DNA of 63,500 bases, filler included, from Folioceros fuciformis (Eukaryota), in assembly GCA_049999805.1 (NCBI GenBank). It is 3 parts of 3 records of this genome, joined end to end, with 100 filler letters (N's around TTAATTAATTAA, not from the genome) between each part and the next. Parts side by side here need not be neighbours in the genome. Positions count along the whole stretch, not along the records: positions 32,137 to 63,500 come from JBNGIO010003130.1; 2 more parts are not named here. One strand, written 5' to 3'. Position numbers and translations under genes: made by a program. Positions 48,582 through 63,500 of the stretch are shown here, in pieces. The notes under the pieces were generated by a model. It did not search any database and was not told where the DNA came from. It saw only the letters and a program-made list of their open reading frames with translations. Within the stretch, counting starts at the first letter, position 1. Each line of letters opens with the position of its first letter.

Positions 48582-51500
48582 ATGGATGTGGAGGAGCTGG
48601 GAGGGCGGAGGAAGCGAGCGGATCTCAGTAAGCGTTTCCAGAATCAGCGACCTTTCAGCCTTCCGTGGCGAAGGCGGGGGGAGCAGCAAGGAATTATTGC
48701 GGAGACGGCCGATTCTGTTGTCCAGCAGCAGGGGTTTCATTTACAGCTCCATGGAACGCTGAGTGGAAATGGAGGCAGCAGGAAACGACATTACCGGCTG
48801 CAGTGCATCGGGAGGACAAGGGAGAATGTGCGAAGCTCACAAATGGAAAATATTGTGGAGTTGATGCAGAAGCTCCTCAGAGGAGAGCAGTGTCGGCCGT
48901 ATGCTGTGGCAGAATGTAATTGCAGGGATTGTTTCGCTTTGGAGTGGGATTGCAAAGATGGCAGAGTTGCTGGCGGATTTGTGATGGACCGCCCGTCGGT
49001 TGTTGCTGATGTAGATGGTGATATTGTTTGTGACGAAGGGCGTGCAATCTCTTGTATCACGAGAGTTTGTCATCCCAGAAGTATGTATAGTTCTTGTGAA
49101 ATGGAGGAGCAGCACGTGTTGGATATGGATTGTCGTAGGTGTCTTTTTTTGACATACGTGGGGGCTGCGGGGTTGAGACTAGTGCGGCCCAGTGCGTATT
49201 GGCCGGTGTTTGAACTGCTTTTGGTCTCTTTGATGCCTGTACATCCTCACAGGCATACGCGCAGGACAATTCCCAAGTGGAGACTCTGGTCACATGTGGC
49301 TCTGAAGATTGGTGTGGCCGTCTCCACTCGGTTTTGCTGTCCGCTCTTAGGGCCTTTTCTCACAGCTCATGCCTTATTGTCGTTGAGAGACTTGAGAGTG
49401 AATCACAATTGTAGGGTGTTGCCGGAGGGCCACACGAGGTCTAAAGATGGACCCGGGCAGCTGTGCAGTGCAGCCCTTGATTACTCAGCACTCAATAGCA
49501 AAGGAGTAACAGAATGGCAGGCACTTGAGGTACCTTGCGGAGATGCGGGAGCTCTTTTCAAAGCAAGTGCTAACGATGACAGATGTCCGCTCAAACGCAC
49601 CCCAGCGATTTCAGCAATTGAAGTCGAATACACCCAGAATCCAGAAGAGAGAAAGTCGGCGTTGCTTTCTCTTGGTCCTCATAGGTCCCAGATTGATCAG
49701 GAAGGTCAGCAACAAGCTGACTCTCGGATGAGCGGGGGGCAAGGGCTGTATCCGCAGGTTCCCGATGAGTCGCCGGTGGGAGATGTACAGCCAGCATGTA
49801 TTTTACCTCCTGCTATCAAGACTTTCAGGGTGGCTGTTCAGAATGTAGGTTGTGGTGACGTCTTTGTAGCGAACTCCACCCCTAGAATAGATGATTCAGT
49901 TGAAAGTCCTACTGCTGAGGTATTTTTCGATGCACTCACGTGCGCTGATTGTGCTCTCATGGAGAACCATGAAGAGAACCTGTTCAAGGATCGATTTGTA
50001 GGACAAGAGGTATCAAAGTTCGGGGAAACGGAAGAAAACTCTTTCCAGAACTTCCCGCCTATGGACGAGACAGTGGACCACTGTATGAGTGAGCGAATAG
50101 AGGGTAGGCCATGCTCCTTACAGTCAAATCCATCTGCTTGTGCTATGCCAAGTGCAGGTGGCGTCGATATCATGGTTCCGCCATTCCCAGTTGATCGTCT
50201 TTCAGGGATGCCGGACATTACGTCTGAGGCAGGAGAACCGATGAGTCGATCAGAGGTGGACTGCACTGGTGTTGGCATAGTGCCTATTAAATCCTGCGGA
50301 GGGCAGAGTTACAGCCGTACTCAACTTGCTACAATGATGCAACTTCCGGAGTCAGGTTCGTGGTCGGATGACAGGCCCAGTGACTCTCCAAGTACAGCTA
50401 TATTCTGTGATGAGGATGGGAGTGATGATTTCAGCTATGACGCATTGAAAAGTCTTAAGGCCTCTGGAAAGTTGCAAGACCCTGGTAGACCTTTTGAGCG
50501 TTTGGATCATGGCCCGTCAAGGTTTGTTACAGGCAATCCAGAATCGATGATGGAGCGTGACAATGTCGAATTAGCAGATGATGCTGATCTCTTGGTGGGA
50601 AACTCGAAGTACTTGTCTGACAAGTTGTATGTCAAAACCAAAACCATTGGGGCACAACACCTCAATAGAGAGTATGGTATATCTAGAAGGAGAGCCTCCT
50701 GTGCATCCTTGCCAGTGTCAAGCATGAATAGCGTTGATGTCCTGATCGCAGATGGAACTGGGGACAAAAGGTGGGCAGATAATACTAGTTCTGTTCTCTA
50801 TCAACCTCAGCAACCTGGACGAGACACCGAATCGCTGACTAGTTCCAGCTCCAGCTCATCATTGGGTTTTACAGACAGGTAAACCCCTGCTTGACTTGAA
50901 AATGAGGCCAGTTAGAGATTTTGGCAATGTCTACTGCAATAAGCGTTGTCTGTATAGTTCCGCTTTACAAGGGTTGAGGTGATTCGGTGGAATTGCCATT
51001 CTGATGGCGCAAACTCACAGCTTGCTAACAATCACGCTCGGCATCTTGCAGTGAGGATGAGATGCTCAATCTGTCAACCACAGTATTGACCCAACAAGCC
51101 CCAGCAGTTCCAGGTCCAGCGCCACCAGGGAAAAGTGAGGAGGAAGTATGGACAAGCACAGGTGGGAGTGAACAGACGGCCCATGTACTAGATGATCAAG
51201 GCCTGCCCATTGCTGCTGAGCATACTTCTGTTGAGAACTTCGATGTGCCAAGTCGCATATCAAAGGAGGGTGTAGGAGCAGCACAAATCGCTGATGACAT
51301 GTTGCATGAGCGACTTGGAGAAGGGAGTGTGGCCTATTCACACGGCAGTCACCCCTTGTGTGTGGCCATAAGAAGTGTAAGTTGCTTCCGAACAGTGGTA
51401 TGCAATTTCCTCATCTTCTGCAAGCTTTAACATCGTCAAGGTCCATTGCACAGAGGCGTCATACTCATGGTGACCAGAATTACTGGAGCGTATCTGATCT

Positions 51501-52653
51501 TGCAGCTACTCCTTGGTGCGACTTGGTCTTCTGGCACGGGCATTGCAAGAAAGGCAAACCTACACTGTATGTTCTTTTGGGAAAGGCTGTGTGTACCTTA
51601 TCTTCGACATTGCTAGGCTCACTCGTGACTGTAATCGGTGAGAGGGGCTGATTCGCTTTCCACCTGTTGTTGATCTCTTGTGATCTGATCTTGATGTTAT
51701 ATCATGTTTTCGTCATGTATGCTGCTTACCATAATGAATACTACGTATGTGTGATGTTGAAACTGGATTGGTTGCAGTATCCAACATGGAACTGGCAGAG
51801 CTGAACCTATTCAATGGGTCAGTTGAACAAATGAATCTGGTCATAGATCTGTCAGGACTTGGTTTGCTCCGAATGCCCCCTATGGACATTCTCCAGCGGC
51901 TTGGAACGCTTCTCAACCGAGACTATGCAGGTTGTTTGCCCTCTGTGGAGTACATCAGTATAAGTTGTTGTGTATCATGTGTTAGGAGCGCGGTAGTGAT
52001 GATGAGGATCTATGGATAATTGTATCTGTCGTTCCTATCTGAAAGCTCAGTATTTCTTTCCTCTGCAGGCCGCGGAGGTGCAGTTTACGTGCTGAATGCT
52101 CCTGTCATGCTGTCACTAGTTGTGTCTGCCATTAGGGGGATGATCTTGCGGCCTTCCTACAACAAGGGAGCGATGATTGAAAAGGGTTTTCTCGGTAAGT
52201 TGAGTAGCTCTTAGCATTGCTTTTATAATTTTCACAAGTCATCCTGCTGTTTACTTCACTGGACTAAGGGTTTCATTTCGCTGCGGGCTTGCAGAGAGCA
52301 AAGAGTCGATCTCTGTAATCGGAAGACGGTATTTACAGGTCCTTCAGGTAGTAAATCTGCCTCAAGCAGAGTACATAGAAGTATCTTTCTGCTGTGCTGT
52401 CAAACGGGCATCAGTTCTTCTCTGTCGTGCTATCGCCTCGCATCAGTGGGTTTTTGTTGAGCTGTGAAGCAGCCATTGAGGGGTTTCGGTTGTGCCGTTA
52501 ATTAGACTAATTTCATGGGCGGTGGCATTTCTGCAGAAACACTTCGAAATGGACATGATACACCCACAGTTTGGAGGACAATGCATCTGCTCAAAGCCTG
52601 CGAATCACTGCAGTGTGGGATACGATTTTCTGGCACGACGAGAGACAGATTGA
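48582..52653 (+). CDS. CRAL-TRIO/SEC14-domain protein with a very long N-terminal region
   Basis: A 2.3-kb first exon (48582-50878) splices in frame to 51052. C-terminal exons give WCDLVFWHGHCKKGKPTLYV, MNLVIDLSGLG, LNRDYAGRGGAVYVLNAP and IHPQFGGQCIC; stop at 52651-52653. Confidence 0.8.
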
Positions 52654-53294
52654 ATCCTTGCAAGCCGCAACAGAATTGGAGTACTCTATACTACGTTCAG
52701 TTTGTTTTTGCGGGACGAGGGGCAGTTCCATCCGTTCCCCACATTTTTGAAGCAGGCATGTTGCTCATTGCTTCACGGCGACCTGGGTAGAATAAGCTTG
52801 AGAGAAACATTTGCAGACAACAAAATAATTTGCCGACAATCCGCGTAACTGCTGCACGATGGGAACTTGTCTTTCACAATGTCCACAATATTCACACTTT
52901 ATAAAAGTGCCTAATACATGTGTATGTGTACGTATCCAGGTGATAACTAAAGACGGCACAAGGTGAGCTCAGAAGCATGCTTCATGAAAAGAAGTGCTGG
53001 CACGTGACGAGGCGATTCTTTGTTACACACACTCAGATCCACCCAATCCCTTGAACAAGAAAGCCCATGTTTTAACTGTATCCCCGCTAACAAATCAAAA
53101 TTTTGAGAGGTGATCAGTCCGTCTCCATGATCATGAAACTCGAACGTCACCGTCTCTCCAAGACACACAAGAATCTTTAAGGGGTGCAAGGATAACGGTG
53201 GAACTAAATCATTAGTTCAGGCACAGCAACGGCTCGTCACTCTCCAATTCTCTCCCAATTCCCAAACAAAGTGGGTATTAGTACAAAACCAGCG

Positions 53295-54898
53295 TCACTG
53301 ACCAGTAATTTTCTTCTTCGCCTCTTCTACCTTTGAAAACAATTCTTCCCTGCCAGCACGACACAAGTGCGTGGGCTTACAATAGATATAACCCATCTTC
53401 AAAACATAAAAGCGCAACACAAAAAACTCTGGGATTACCTGTCGGGCTTGAAAAGCAAGTATCTGTACACAAACCACTGGAGACAAGACACCGAAAAATA
53501 AGATGCTGACAAGTGCCTGTGACCGTCAAATGGAGTGCCAGCAGACAAGCGAGGGACAGTTCGGGACATGACGACAGGTGAAATTTACATACCCCCGAGA
53601 AAAGGATGCCAACCAACTCAAAAAAATCCGGGATGATCGGCAATTTGTCAATAGCCTGCACCCAAAATAAGCATCGTGAGACATCCAGCACCCAGTGGCC
53701 GTGGAGAACTGACCGTCTGACGGGAAGCACGAGAGGACAGACGGGAAGAACGCATTTCGTGACACCAGATATTGACATTGACAGTGGCACAACGGCCCAC
53801 CCATCCTACTCCGTTCACAACCATAACACAAGGACTTCTAGGGTAAGGAAATGAAATTGAGAGAGTTTTCATAATGGCTTCACCGAGTAGATCCAACCGA
53901 CCCGTGAGACATTCGAAGAAAGGAACAAGCAGATAAAACGAGAAGCTGTTGTAGAATTCTTACACCAATCAGACCAGTCGAGGCCCACAGGACCAGCAAT
54001 GCCGCGAACCCTAGCCCACCAATAGCGAGCTTGTCGTCAACCTTGTCCCACTGCCATCCACAGGGGATATATCACAATGGCTATAAACAGAGGTCGGTTA
54101 ACGTGTCAAATTGCGAGTTGAGAAAGACACTTACCGCTTCCTGAACACCTTTTAGAGAATTTAGAATGCTCTGGACTGGTTCACTCTCACCCTCCGAGCT
54201 AGCCATTGCCACAATTCTATAAGACCTTCTTGGCCCTGCGAGCACAACAGAGCAGCATGCGGATCATTACATCGACGATCCGCACGAACATGAAGAGCCC
54301 TACTCCTTCCCTCCGAGCATTCTCAACTGCAGATTTTGCCGAAACACATTTCACGTCACTCTCTACAATGGATTTCTATCTCTGCGCCGCGACACACAAT
54401 CGCATTCCCCAGAACAGGAGAATACTCGAAGACACCCCAGGGCAGTATCACTGCCACAAATTCAACGCGTCATTCACTACAGACCTAACCCGAAAATTCC
54501 ACATTACCGACCAAATTTTTCAGGTCTGCACTCCACATATCACAGCTGCCCTGAAGTGCCTGCTCTTGAACTGTTTCCTAAGATCTGCGTGTGCACAGTC
54601 GACGCTTCTTGCTGTTCCCTCACCGAATTCCCTCCACCCACCCAAACTGAAACAAGAAATCCCAAATCTTGCCTGTAGATGCCATCCTCTCCTTCCAGCA
54701 CAGATTACCTCGTCCAAAGGCGAGCATATTCGCCGACCTGGCCGAGCGGGCTTGCAGAGCGCAGGAGCCGGAACGGAGTGAAAGTCCGCCTGCCGACGAG
54801 AGCCGGCTGCTGCTCCTGCGGGAAGACCGGTCAGGAAGTAGAGACAGGCCGCCTCCGGCATGGACGGCCGGTAGCACAGACGCAGATGTCGAAGCCAT
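53295..54898 (-). CDS. CURT1: CURVATURE THYLAKOID 1 family protein (CURT1B/C-like), chloroplast, 6 exons
   Basis: Ser/Ala/Arg-rich transit peptide from ATG 54898, then VQEA|WDKVDDKLAIGGLGFAALLVLWAS...|AIDKLPIIPDFFELVGILFSG|WFVYRYLLFKPDR|EELFSKVEEAKKKITGQ-stop. Confidence 0.93.
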
Positions 54899-56028
54899 GA
54901 AGCAAGAAGGCAGGGCAGGGCGAATCGCCAATGCGCTGCTTCAAGAAGGCTGCAATTGAGCCAAGATCCCGGGTGCAAGGCGCAGGCACCCAATGCGGGA
55001 ACTGCCCGACAGGCCCTGGCCCTTGCCCTGCTCAACAAGCTGAAGGCAGAGAGCGACACGACTGCTGCTGAGAGAGGCAACTGATGCTGAGAGGGGCAAG
55101 GCCGCCACCGAACGTGAGGGAAGCGTGTGGCGAGGGACTCGAGTAAGGTAGCGAAGGTAACCAGGGAGCAAGCAACATGCGAGCGATAGGATAACTCGGT
55201 GATAACCCGGAAGTCCCTGGGTTCCGATCCGAGGTGGCCGGACCTGTTCCCAGGTGGCGGGCACTCCCGTGAGGCGGTCACGACACCCCGTAACGCCACT
55301 TGTTTTTCCCTACATCTTCCGAGGTGGCGAGCCTGAGAGGTGAGAGGACTGAAGTGCGCACACCGAACCAATAGGCAACGGTGGCCCCCTATCTCCATCT
55401 CTATCGTGGAGAACGGACAAATGGGCACCCATTTTCCTGATTCATTAATCAACACATACTTGCCACTTCTTCAAACCCCTGTCGTCCCTCCGAAGGGGGG
55501 AATGCAGCATCTTCCCTGATCCAGAAGAGGTAGACCACACAGGACACGCGGTGGTGACACACCACACTATCTACTGCCGAATCGAGCTTTCAACCGGAAG
55601 CTCGGCAGCCGTGAAATGAAGCACCTCAGTATTATTTTGACCCTGACACATTTTCCCAGCTGTGACAAGACGTTGGTTTGTCAGATACCAAAAACGTAGC
55701 ACATCGAGGTTGTTGTGGCCAAGAATGAACCAGAAGTGATCACTGCTGCTGCAACTATCCATGAAACCGAATAAACCGTGGCTGATTCGACACGAGCAGG
55801 TGGAAGAACATAAGGCGAACCCTCAGATCCTCACAAGCCTTCACAACAAATTCAATTAGGCGAATGATAAGACTCATTCACACATAACGAACAGGAATGA
55901 AACTTCAATGTCAGAGCAGAAAGACCAACAGAAGACATGCTATCCAACAATTTCACATCTCTGCCGCATTCTTGTGCTCAGACAAAGGCATACCTAATCT
56001 GTGGACATCTTCGGGCAGAACCATAGGC

Positions 56029-56451
56029 TCACGAGGCCTGTCGGTAACCCCGAAGCTCCTCCATCTTCCGAACTCTCTTTAGGAACAACTCATACTCGCA
56101 CTTCTCATATACGTGTCTCTGATCTTCACACTTCCAGGGCAGATAATACGTCTCCCTCCGACATTTGTTCAAAGGGATAAGCAGATGCGCACAAGCATCC
56201 CGGTATGGAAGTGGCACTAAGTTCTCTATCATCTCTTCCCTCGTGGCCACCTGGCCGTCGCTCTTGCCATGGCCGGCACTCTTCCCGTGCCCCACAATTT
56301 TGCCGTTTCCTTTCTGTCTGCTAGTCTTGTGCTCGGCCACCTCAGCAAACTTCCCAGGAGGAGCGGCATCCACCTCAACACGAGGCGCGGCAGCTACCTC
56401 AGTGTGAGGAGCGACAACGTCCTCACAAACGCAATCATCATCGACTGCCAT
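56029..56451 (-). CDS. NDUFB7: NADH:ubiquinone oxidoreductase subunit B18/NDUFB7, single coding exon
   Basis: ATREEM...VPLPYRDACAHLLIPLNKCRRETYYLPWKCEDQRHVYEKCEYELF, the twin CX9C motif. A splice acceptor lies just upstream of the ATG (5'UTR intron). Confidence 0.93.
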   Translation of the reverse strand: MAVDDDCVCEDVVAPHTEVAAAPRVEVDAAPPGKFAEVAEHKTSRQKGNGKIVGHGKSAGHGKSDGQVATREEMIENLVPLPYRDACAHLLIPLNKCRRETYYLPWKCEDQRHVYEKCEYELFLKRVRKMEELRGYRQAS

Positions 56452-56599
56452 CACGCCCTGCGAAAATCTTACACCAAACATACATCAAAATTCAAAAGAC
56501 CGAGCACAATACCGTCAGCGCAAGTTGAGCACCAAAAGAGCCAAGCTACGATCCGAAGCAGACCTCCACTGCTCCACCTATTGCCTTAACCCCGATCTA

Positions 56600-57056
56600 C
56601 TTCAGCGATACACCCCAGATTTCAGCACAGAGCTGTAAAGCAAACCAAATCCTAGGACTTCCTTGTCCATCCAACCACATTCCTGCCCTGCATCCGAACG
56701 GAAACCTGAACCCTACCTCCACCACACAGGAATTCACGCACAGCAACAGCACACCCAGCAGAACGAAGCCAGAAATCCTGCGCAGGACAGACATAACGGA
56801 CGCCATTGAAAACCAACCTAACACCTCGCATCCGCGAAGCTCCCCGTCTGGCAGGTTGATTGTCGTACGATTGTTCACTGGGAAGAAGCAAGATCACTGG
56901 CAGCTCCACAACCCTTGCACACTAACCATTACAAATGTGCCAATCCCGGGCTGGGGCTAGTTCATGGTCCCATTGCGACCGGTCCACCTAACATCCTATT
57001 TAGACAGGTTCGGGACTGGTCAAAAGCACAGGAGCAAAGTGACACCCGAAGTGAGA
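56600..57056. promoter_or_regulatory. Probable bidirectional promoter between NDUFB7 and agmatine deiminase
   Basis: Head-to-head start codons only ~600 bp apart, part of which is the NDUFB7 5'UTR intron. Confidence 0.5.
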
Positions 57057-59104
<2,048 letters not shown>

Positions 59105-59410
59105 TTTTGGGAACTCGTAACACCCAAAAGTATGTGAATAGCTCAGATGTTCAACCTTTGAGTTTACTCAACTGAAAACATCTTGTAGAATTCGAGATGA
59201 TTACAAACTGAGATAGTCCTGCCATGAAGGCACAGTGTAGTCGTTAGTTCCTCAACGGTGTTTCGTTCTCCTCTACTGAGCTGTGTCCTTTGGAGTTTCG
59301 TTCTTCTCTCCTGAGCTGTGTACTTCGAGAGTCTCCACCAGCCTTGTCATTGTACGTGTAGCTTGCAGAGGCCCTTGGACAAAAGAAAACATAATACACT
59401 CCACGTCATG

Positions 59411-60910
59411 TCAATTCGCAGGCATCTCAGGGGAAAGTTCGATGTCAGAGAAATGCTCGGCTTCAGGGGCAATCTCGGTCTGCGAGGGAGGCCCGGTCTC
59501 GGTCTCATGGGCAGGCTCGATCTCGGTCTCAGGCGCAATCTCGGTCTGTGAGGGAGGCTCGGTCTCGGCCTCAGGGGCAGGCTCGATCTCAGTCTCAGGG
59601 GCAATCTCGGTCTGTGAGGGAGGCTCGGTCTCGGTTTCAGGAGCAGGCTCAATCTCGGTCTCAGGGGCAGGCTCGGTCTCGGTCTCAGGGGCAGGCTCGG
59701 TCTCGGTTTCAGGAGCAGGCTCAATCTCGGTCTCAGGGGCAGGCTCGATCCCGGTCTCAGGGGCAATCTGGGTCTCAGGGGCAATCTCGGTCCGTGAGGG
59801 AGGCTCGGTCTCGGTTTTAGGGGCAGGCTCAATCTTTGTCTCAGGGGCAGACTCGATTTTGGTCTCAGCGGCAGGGTCGGTCTTCGTCTCAAGGGAAGGC
59901 TCGGGCTCAGTCTCAGGTGATCGCCCGGAATCAGTCTCAGGGGAAGGCTCGGGCTCAGTCTCAGGTGATGGCTCGGGCTCAGTCTCAGGTGATGGCTCGG
60001 GCTCAGTCTCAGGTGATGACTCGTGCTCAGTCTCAGGGGACGGCTCGGGCTCAGTATCAGGTGATGGCCCGGAATCAGTCTCAGGGGAATGCTCGGGCTC
60101 AGTCTCAGGTGATGGCTCGGGCTCAGTCTCAGGGGAAGGCTCGGGCTCAGTCTCAGGGGAAGGCTTGGGCTCAGTCTCAGGTGATGGCTCGGGCTCAGTC
60201 TCAGGGGAAGGCTCGGGCTCAGTCTTAAGGGAAGGCTCGGGCTCAGTCTCAGGGGCAGGCTCGGTATCAGTCTCATGGGAAAGCTCCGCCTCAGTCTCCG
60301 GGAGAGGCTCCACCTCAGTCTCAGGGGGAAGCTCAGCCTCAGTCGCAGGAGCAGGCTCGGGCTCAGTCTCAGGGGCAGGCTCGATATCAGTCTCATGGGG
60401 AAGATCCGCCTCAGTCTCCGGGAGAAGCTCCTCTTCAGTCTTAGGGGGAAGCTCCGCCTCAGGCTCAGGGAGAAGCTCCGTCTCTGGGGCAGGCTCGGTA
60501 TCAGTCTCATTGGGACGCTCCGCCTCAGTCTCCGGGAAAATCTTCACCTCAGTCTTAGGGGGAAGCTCCGCCTCAATCTCAGGGAGAAGCTCCCTCTCAG
60601 GGGCAGGCTCGGTACCAATCTCATGGGGAAGCTCCACGTCAGTCTCAAGGGCAGGCTCGATCCTTCCCCTGGTGCAAGGACTCGCGCACTCCATGCACCT
60701 ACCGGGGCAACCAGCTGCCTGGGAACAATCCTCAAGATCTGTAACATTGTCGGCGGAAAGCAGTTGACAACCATTCCAATTCGGGTCCCAATTTTCCGAA
60801 TTCTTCGCATCCTGCGGTACCTCAGCCATTGGTAACCACAGAACACTGGAGACACAATTCAAGAAGAACAATGCTGCTTCCTGCACAAAGCGAGCCGCAT
60901 TCAATGCCAT
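59411..60910 (-). CDS. Glu/Pro/Thr-rich repeat protein (499 aa) with a hydrophobic, Cys-containing N-terminus; function unknown
   Basis: Uninterrupted ORF: hydrophobic start, 6-Cys cluster, then ~400 aa of EPEPSPET / EIEPAPET repeats. All unit lengths are multiples of 3. Confidence 0.7.
   Translation of the reverse strand: MALNAARFVQEAALFFLNCVSSVLWLPMAEVPQDAKNSENWDPNWNGCQLLSADNVTDLEDCSQAAGCPGRCMECASPCTRGRIEPALETDVELPHEIGTEPAPERELLPEIEAELPPKTEVKIFPETEAERPNETDTEPAPETELLPEPEAELPPKTEEELLPETEADLPHETDIEPAPETEPEPAPATEAELPPETEVEPLPETEAELSHETDTEPAPETEPEPSLKTEPEPSPETEPEPSPETEPKPSPETEPEPSPETEPEPSPETEPEHSPETDSGPSPDTEPEPSPETEHESSPETEPEPSPETEPEPSPETEPEPSPETDSGRSPETEPEPSLETKTDPAAETKIESAPETKIEPAPKTETEPPSRTEIAPETQIAPETGIEPAPETEIEPAPETETEPAPETETEPAPETEIEPAPETETEPPSQTEIAPETEIEPAPEAETEPPSQTEIAPETEIEPAHETETGPPSQTEIAPEAEHFSDIELSPEMPAN
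59465..60662. repeat. Coding minisatellite built on a 24-bp unit (+ strand GGCTCGGGCTCAGTCTCAGGGGAA-like) with 18-bp variants and higher-order blocks
   Basis: Roughly 50 diverged units arranged in three sub-arrays. Confidence 0.9.
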
Positions 60911-61929
60911 GTCAGATTCCCGCCTCCGTCAAACACATTATTCAAGAAGTCCTTGCAAACGAGCTCAGCTGTTCCACACTTGCTGGTAAAAATTCTGTCT
61001 ACGCGAAGTCCTAAGCGTAGATCCGTGGCGCGTTTCTAAACAATTTAGGCTGCACATGCCGGGACCTGATCTCATGATTGTGCGAAGAGAGTAGACCATC
61101 GAACACACTAGCGGTATAACAAATGCCAACGAAGCTGCCAAGTTATGGCCAAGACTGCTAGCAAGATTCCTAAACACAGTGCTTCAAGTGATCCTAACAT
61201 GGCACACGATTGTGAAAGCAACAGAGAACAATCAGCACACTCTCACCTAGCTCTCGGTTCACACCCGAGAGACGCTCACCTGTGTATAGAGGAGGAGGAC
61301 AACAAAGGATGCAAGGCGCAGACTAATCTTGAAGCTAAGCGCAGCTGATTCTGAACGCAACTTCAAACCGGACGTCCCTTGATTCAGACAGACCAGCTGG
61401 TCAGATGTTGGGAACTGAGAGGGAAGCGAAACAACAGCCCGCCGTAGTGGAACCTTACGTCCTCTTGGCTGTATATTATATTGGGCTTGCACTACATCGA
61501 ACCTGTTTATTTAGATGATTACATGTAAGTTATAAATAATTGTTTGATTTCAAATTTAAACTAAGAGTATTAATTAATAGGATGATAAATATATATATGT
61601 TATATATAATTTTATTTAAAATAAAATAATGCTACCATAGTTGATATATCCATTAGGCAACTTCTGCCTAATGAATTATTTTGTTTTAGGGTAGTCCATT
61701 AGGCAACCTTAAAATAATTTACATAATTAAACATATTTAAAAATATATAATTTTATAATTAGGTACATTCTTGAATAAGTAGTACTACCTACTTATCTCC
61801 TTCTTGATGAAGGCTCTACATCTGAATCAAACACCATCTACACCTAAATAGGTAGGTAGTTCTTTTATGATTCTCAACTTGGATTAGGAAGGTGCTACAA
61901 TGGCACTTGTCTAGCAGACCTTTCTTAAG

Positions 61930-62160
61930 TTTACAAAAATCAATGATGAGGAGAAACAGTTGGAATTGGAAAAGAGGAGCTTGATGTTCCAAGAGGAGGT
62001 GGCAAGGACGGTCCCAAAAGCATTAGTTGTGAAGCCTCCTCTAGGGAGGCCAAGAAAGACAACAACCCAAGAGAACATCTCATGAACTTTGAATTAGGTG
62101 AAAGTCCATATATGAAGTTATCAAGAGGTACCTTAAATGATTGGTTCCCATTATCTGGTG
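61930..62160 (+). pseudogene. Possible DNA-transposon ORF remnant with an AT-hook-like motif
   Basis: Frame reads EEKQLELEKR...KPPLGRPRK...RGTLNDWFP inside AT-rich DNA; no catalytic motif seen. Confidence 0.3.
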
Positions 62161-62875
62161 AGTTGAAGCCTCATGCTAATCGAGCTATTGCACGTAAGAT
62201 AGGATTTGCTGGTAATCTTCACCACCTAGCTAAGTTAGAGGATTACCCAGATTTGCCTCCAAGTTGCTGTTGGAGCAGCCTAGAGACGCCGTCGGCCTGC
62301 AAGTAGGCCCGAGCTGTCCACCCACATGTAGGTTGCAGCTTGGCGCTGCACCTTGTGAGCTGCAGCTTACGAGCTCTGCAAGCTGCAGCGCTCCACCTTG
62401 CAGTTGCAGCGAGCCTGCCTCCCGCCATGCCAAGCTTGTGGAGGACCGGAGCAGCCACAACATGTACACCAGTGAACGCGTCTACAAGGAAAGCCGTGCC
62501 CACAAGCAAGCCGCACCCACAACGCGTTACGTGCTTGCAAACAAACGTTATCCATCCATTTCGGCAGAGTTCTATATGAAGGTCTCTAAATTTAGGCATA
62601 GCCAAAAAATACGCATGTTTTTTGGCCAGCATAAAACATAATTATTTATCGCCGAATGGATATATCAACGACCGCTATCAATAATGGAGTCCAACATAAA
62701 AAAATAATTATTTTCTGCCAAATAAATATATCAACCACGGATATCAATAATGGAATTCTCTTTTTGAATCTTTTCCAATCTATGCAAGTCTCAATCATTC
62801 TCAACAGTACATCCTCAAGACATATAGTTATCTATTCCATAAAATTTCAGTTTCTTTCACTTTACAAGAGCGCTA

Positions 62876-63500
<625 letters not shown>

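Noticed and set aside
54520-55455. 311-aa minus-strand ORF upstream of and overlapping CURT1
   Set aside because: GC-rich promoter/5'UTR in a different frame from CURT1 exon 1; no recognisable domain and a non-ATG start.
59283-60767. 494-aa Ser/Gly-rich plus-strand ORF and other long frames over the repeat
   Set aside because: Shadow frames of a stop-poor minisatellite. The minus-strand ORF 59411-60910 has an ATG start and a plausible unique N-terminus.

Overview
Eukaryotic land-plant nuclear DNA. Short introns (mostly ~60-130 bp) and compact genes suggest a small-genome seed-free plant such as a Selaginella-type lycophyte; this is inference only. The window has two halves. Positions ~1-37,500 hold one ARMC8/GID5 gene in a stack of decayed, nested retroelements: several Ty1/copia elements, a 5'-truncated LINE, and a 4.8-kb TG...CA insert with a perfect 5-bp target-site duplication (TSD). 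Two 100-bp assembly gaps interrupt this half. Positions ~38,000-63,500 are gene-dense: an At1g78530-like receptor-like kinase, a POLLUX-like/PEC plastid ion channel, a CRAL-TRIO protein, CURT1, NDUFB7, agmatine deiminase, a Glu/Pro-repeat protein and a second, frameshifted agmatine deiminase copy. Most unusual signals: (1) four copia elements with dissimilar LTRs each carry an Arg-rich 'M-P-x-x-R' ORF (degenerate in one) starting 257-280 nt after the primer-binding site (PBS), upstream of gag; (2) the 4.8-kb insert has solo-LTR architecture yet contains ~2.4 kb of decayed coding sequence; (3) a complete copia element has non-canonical TA...TA LTR ends.
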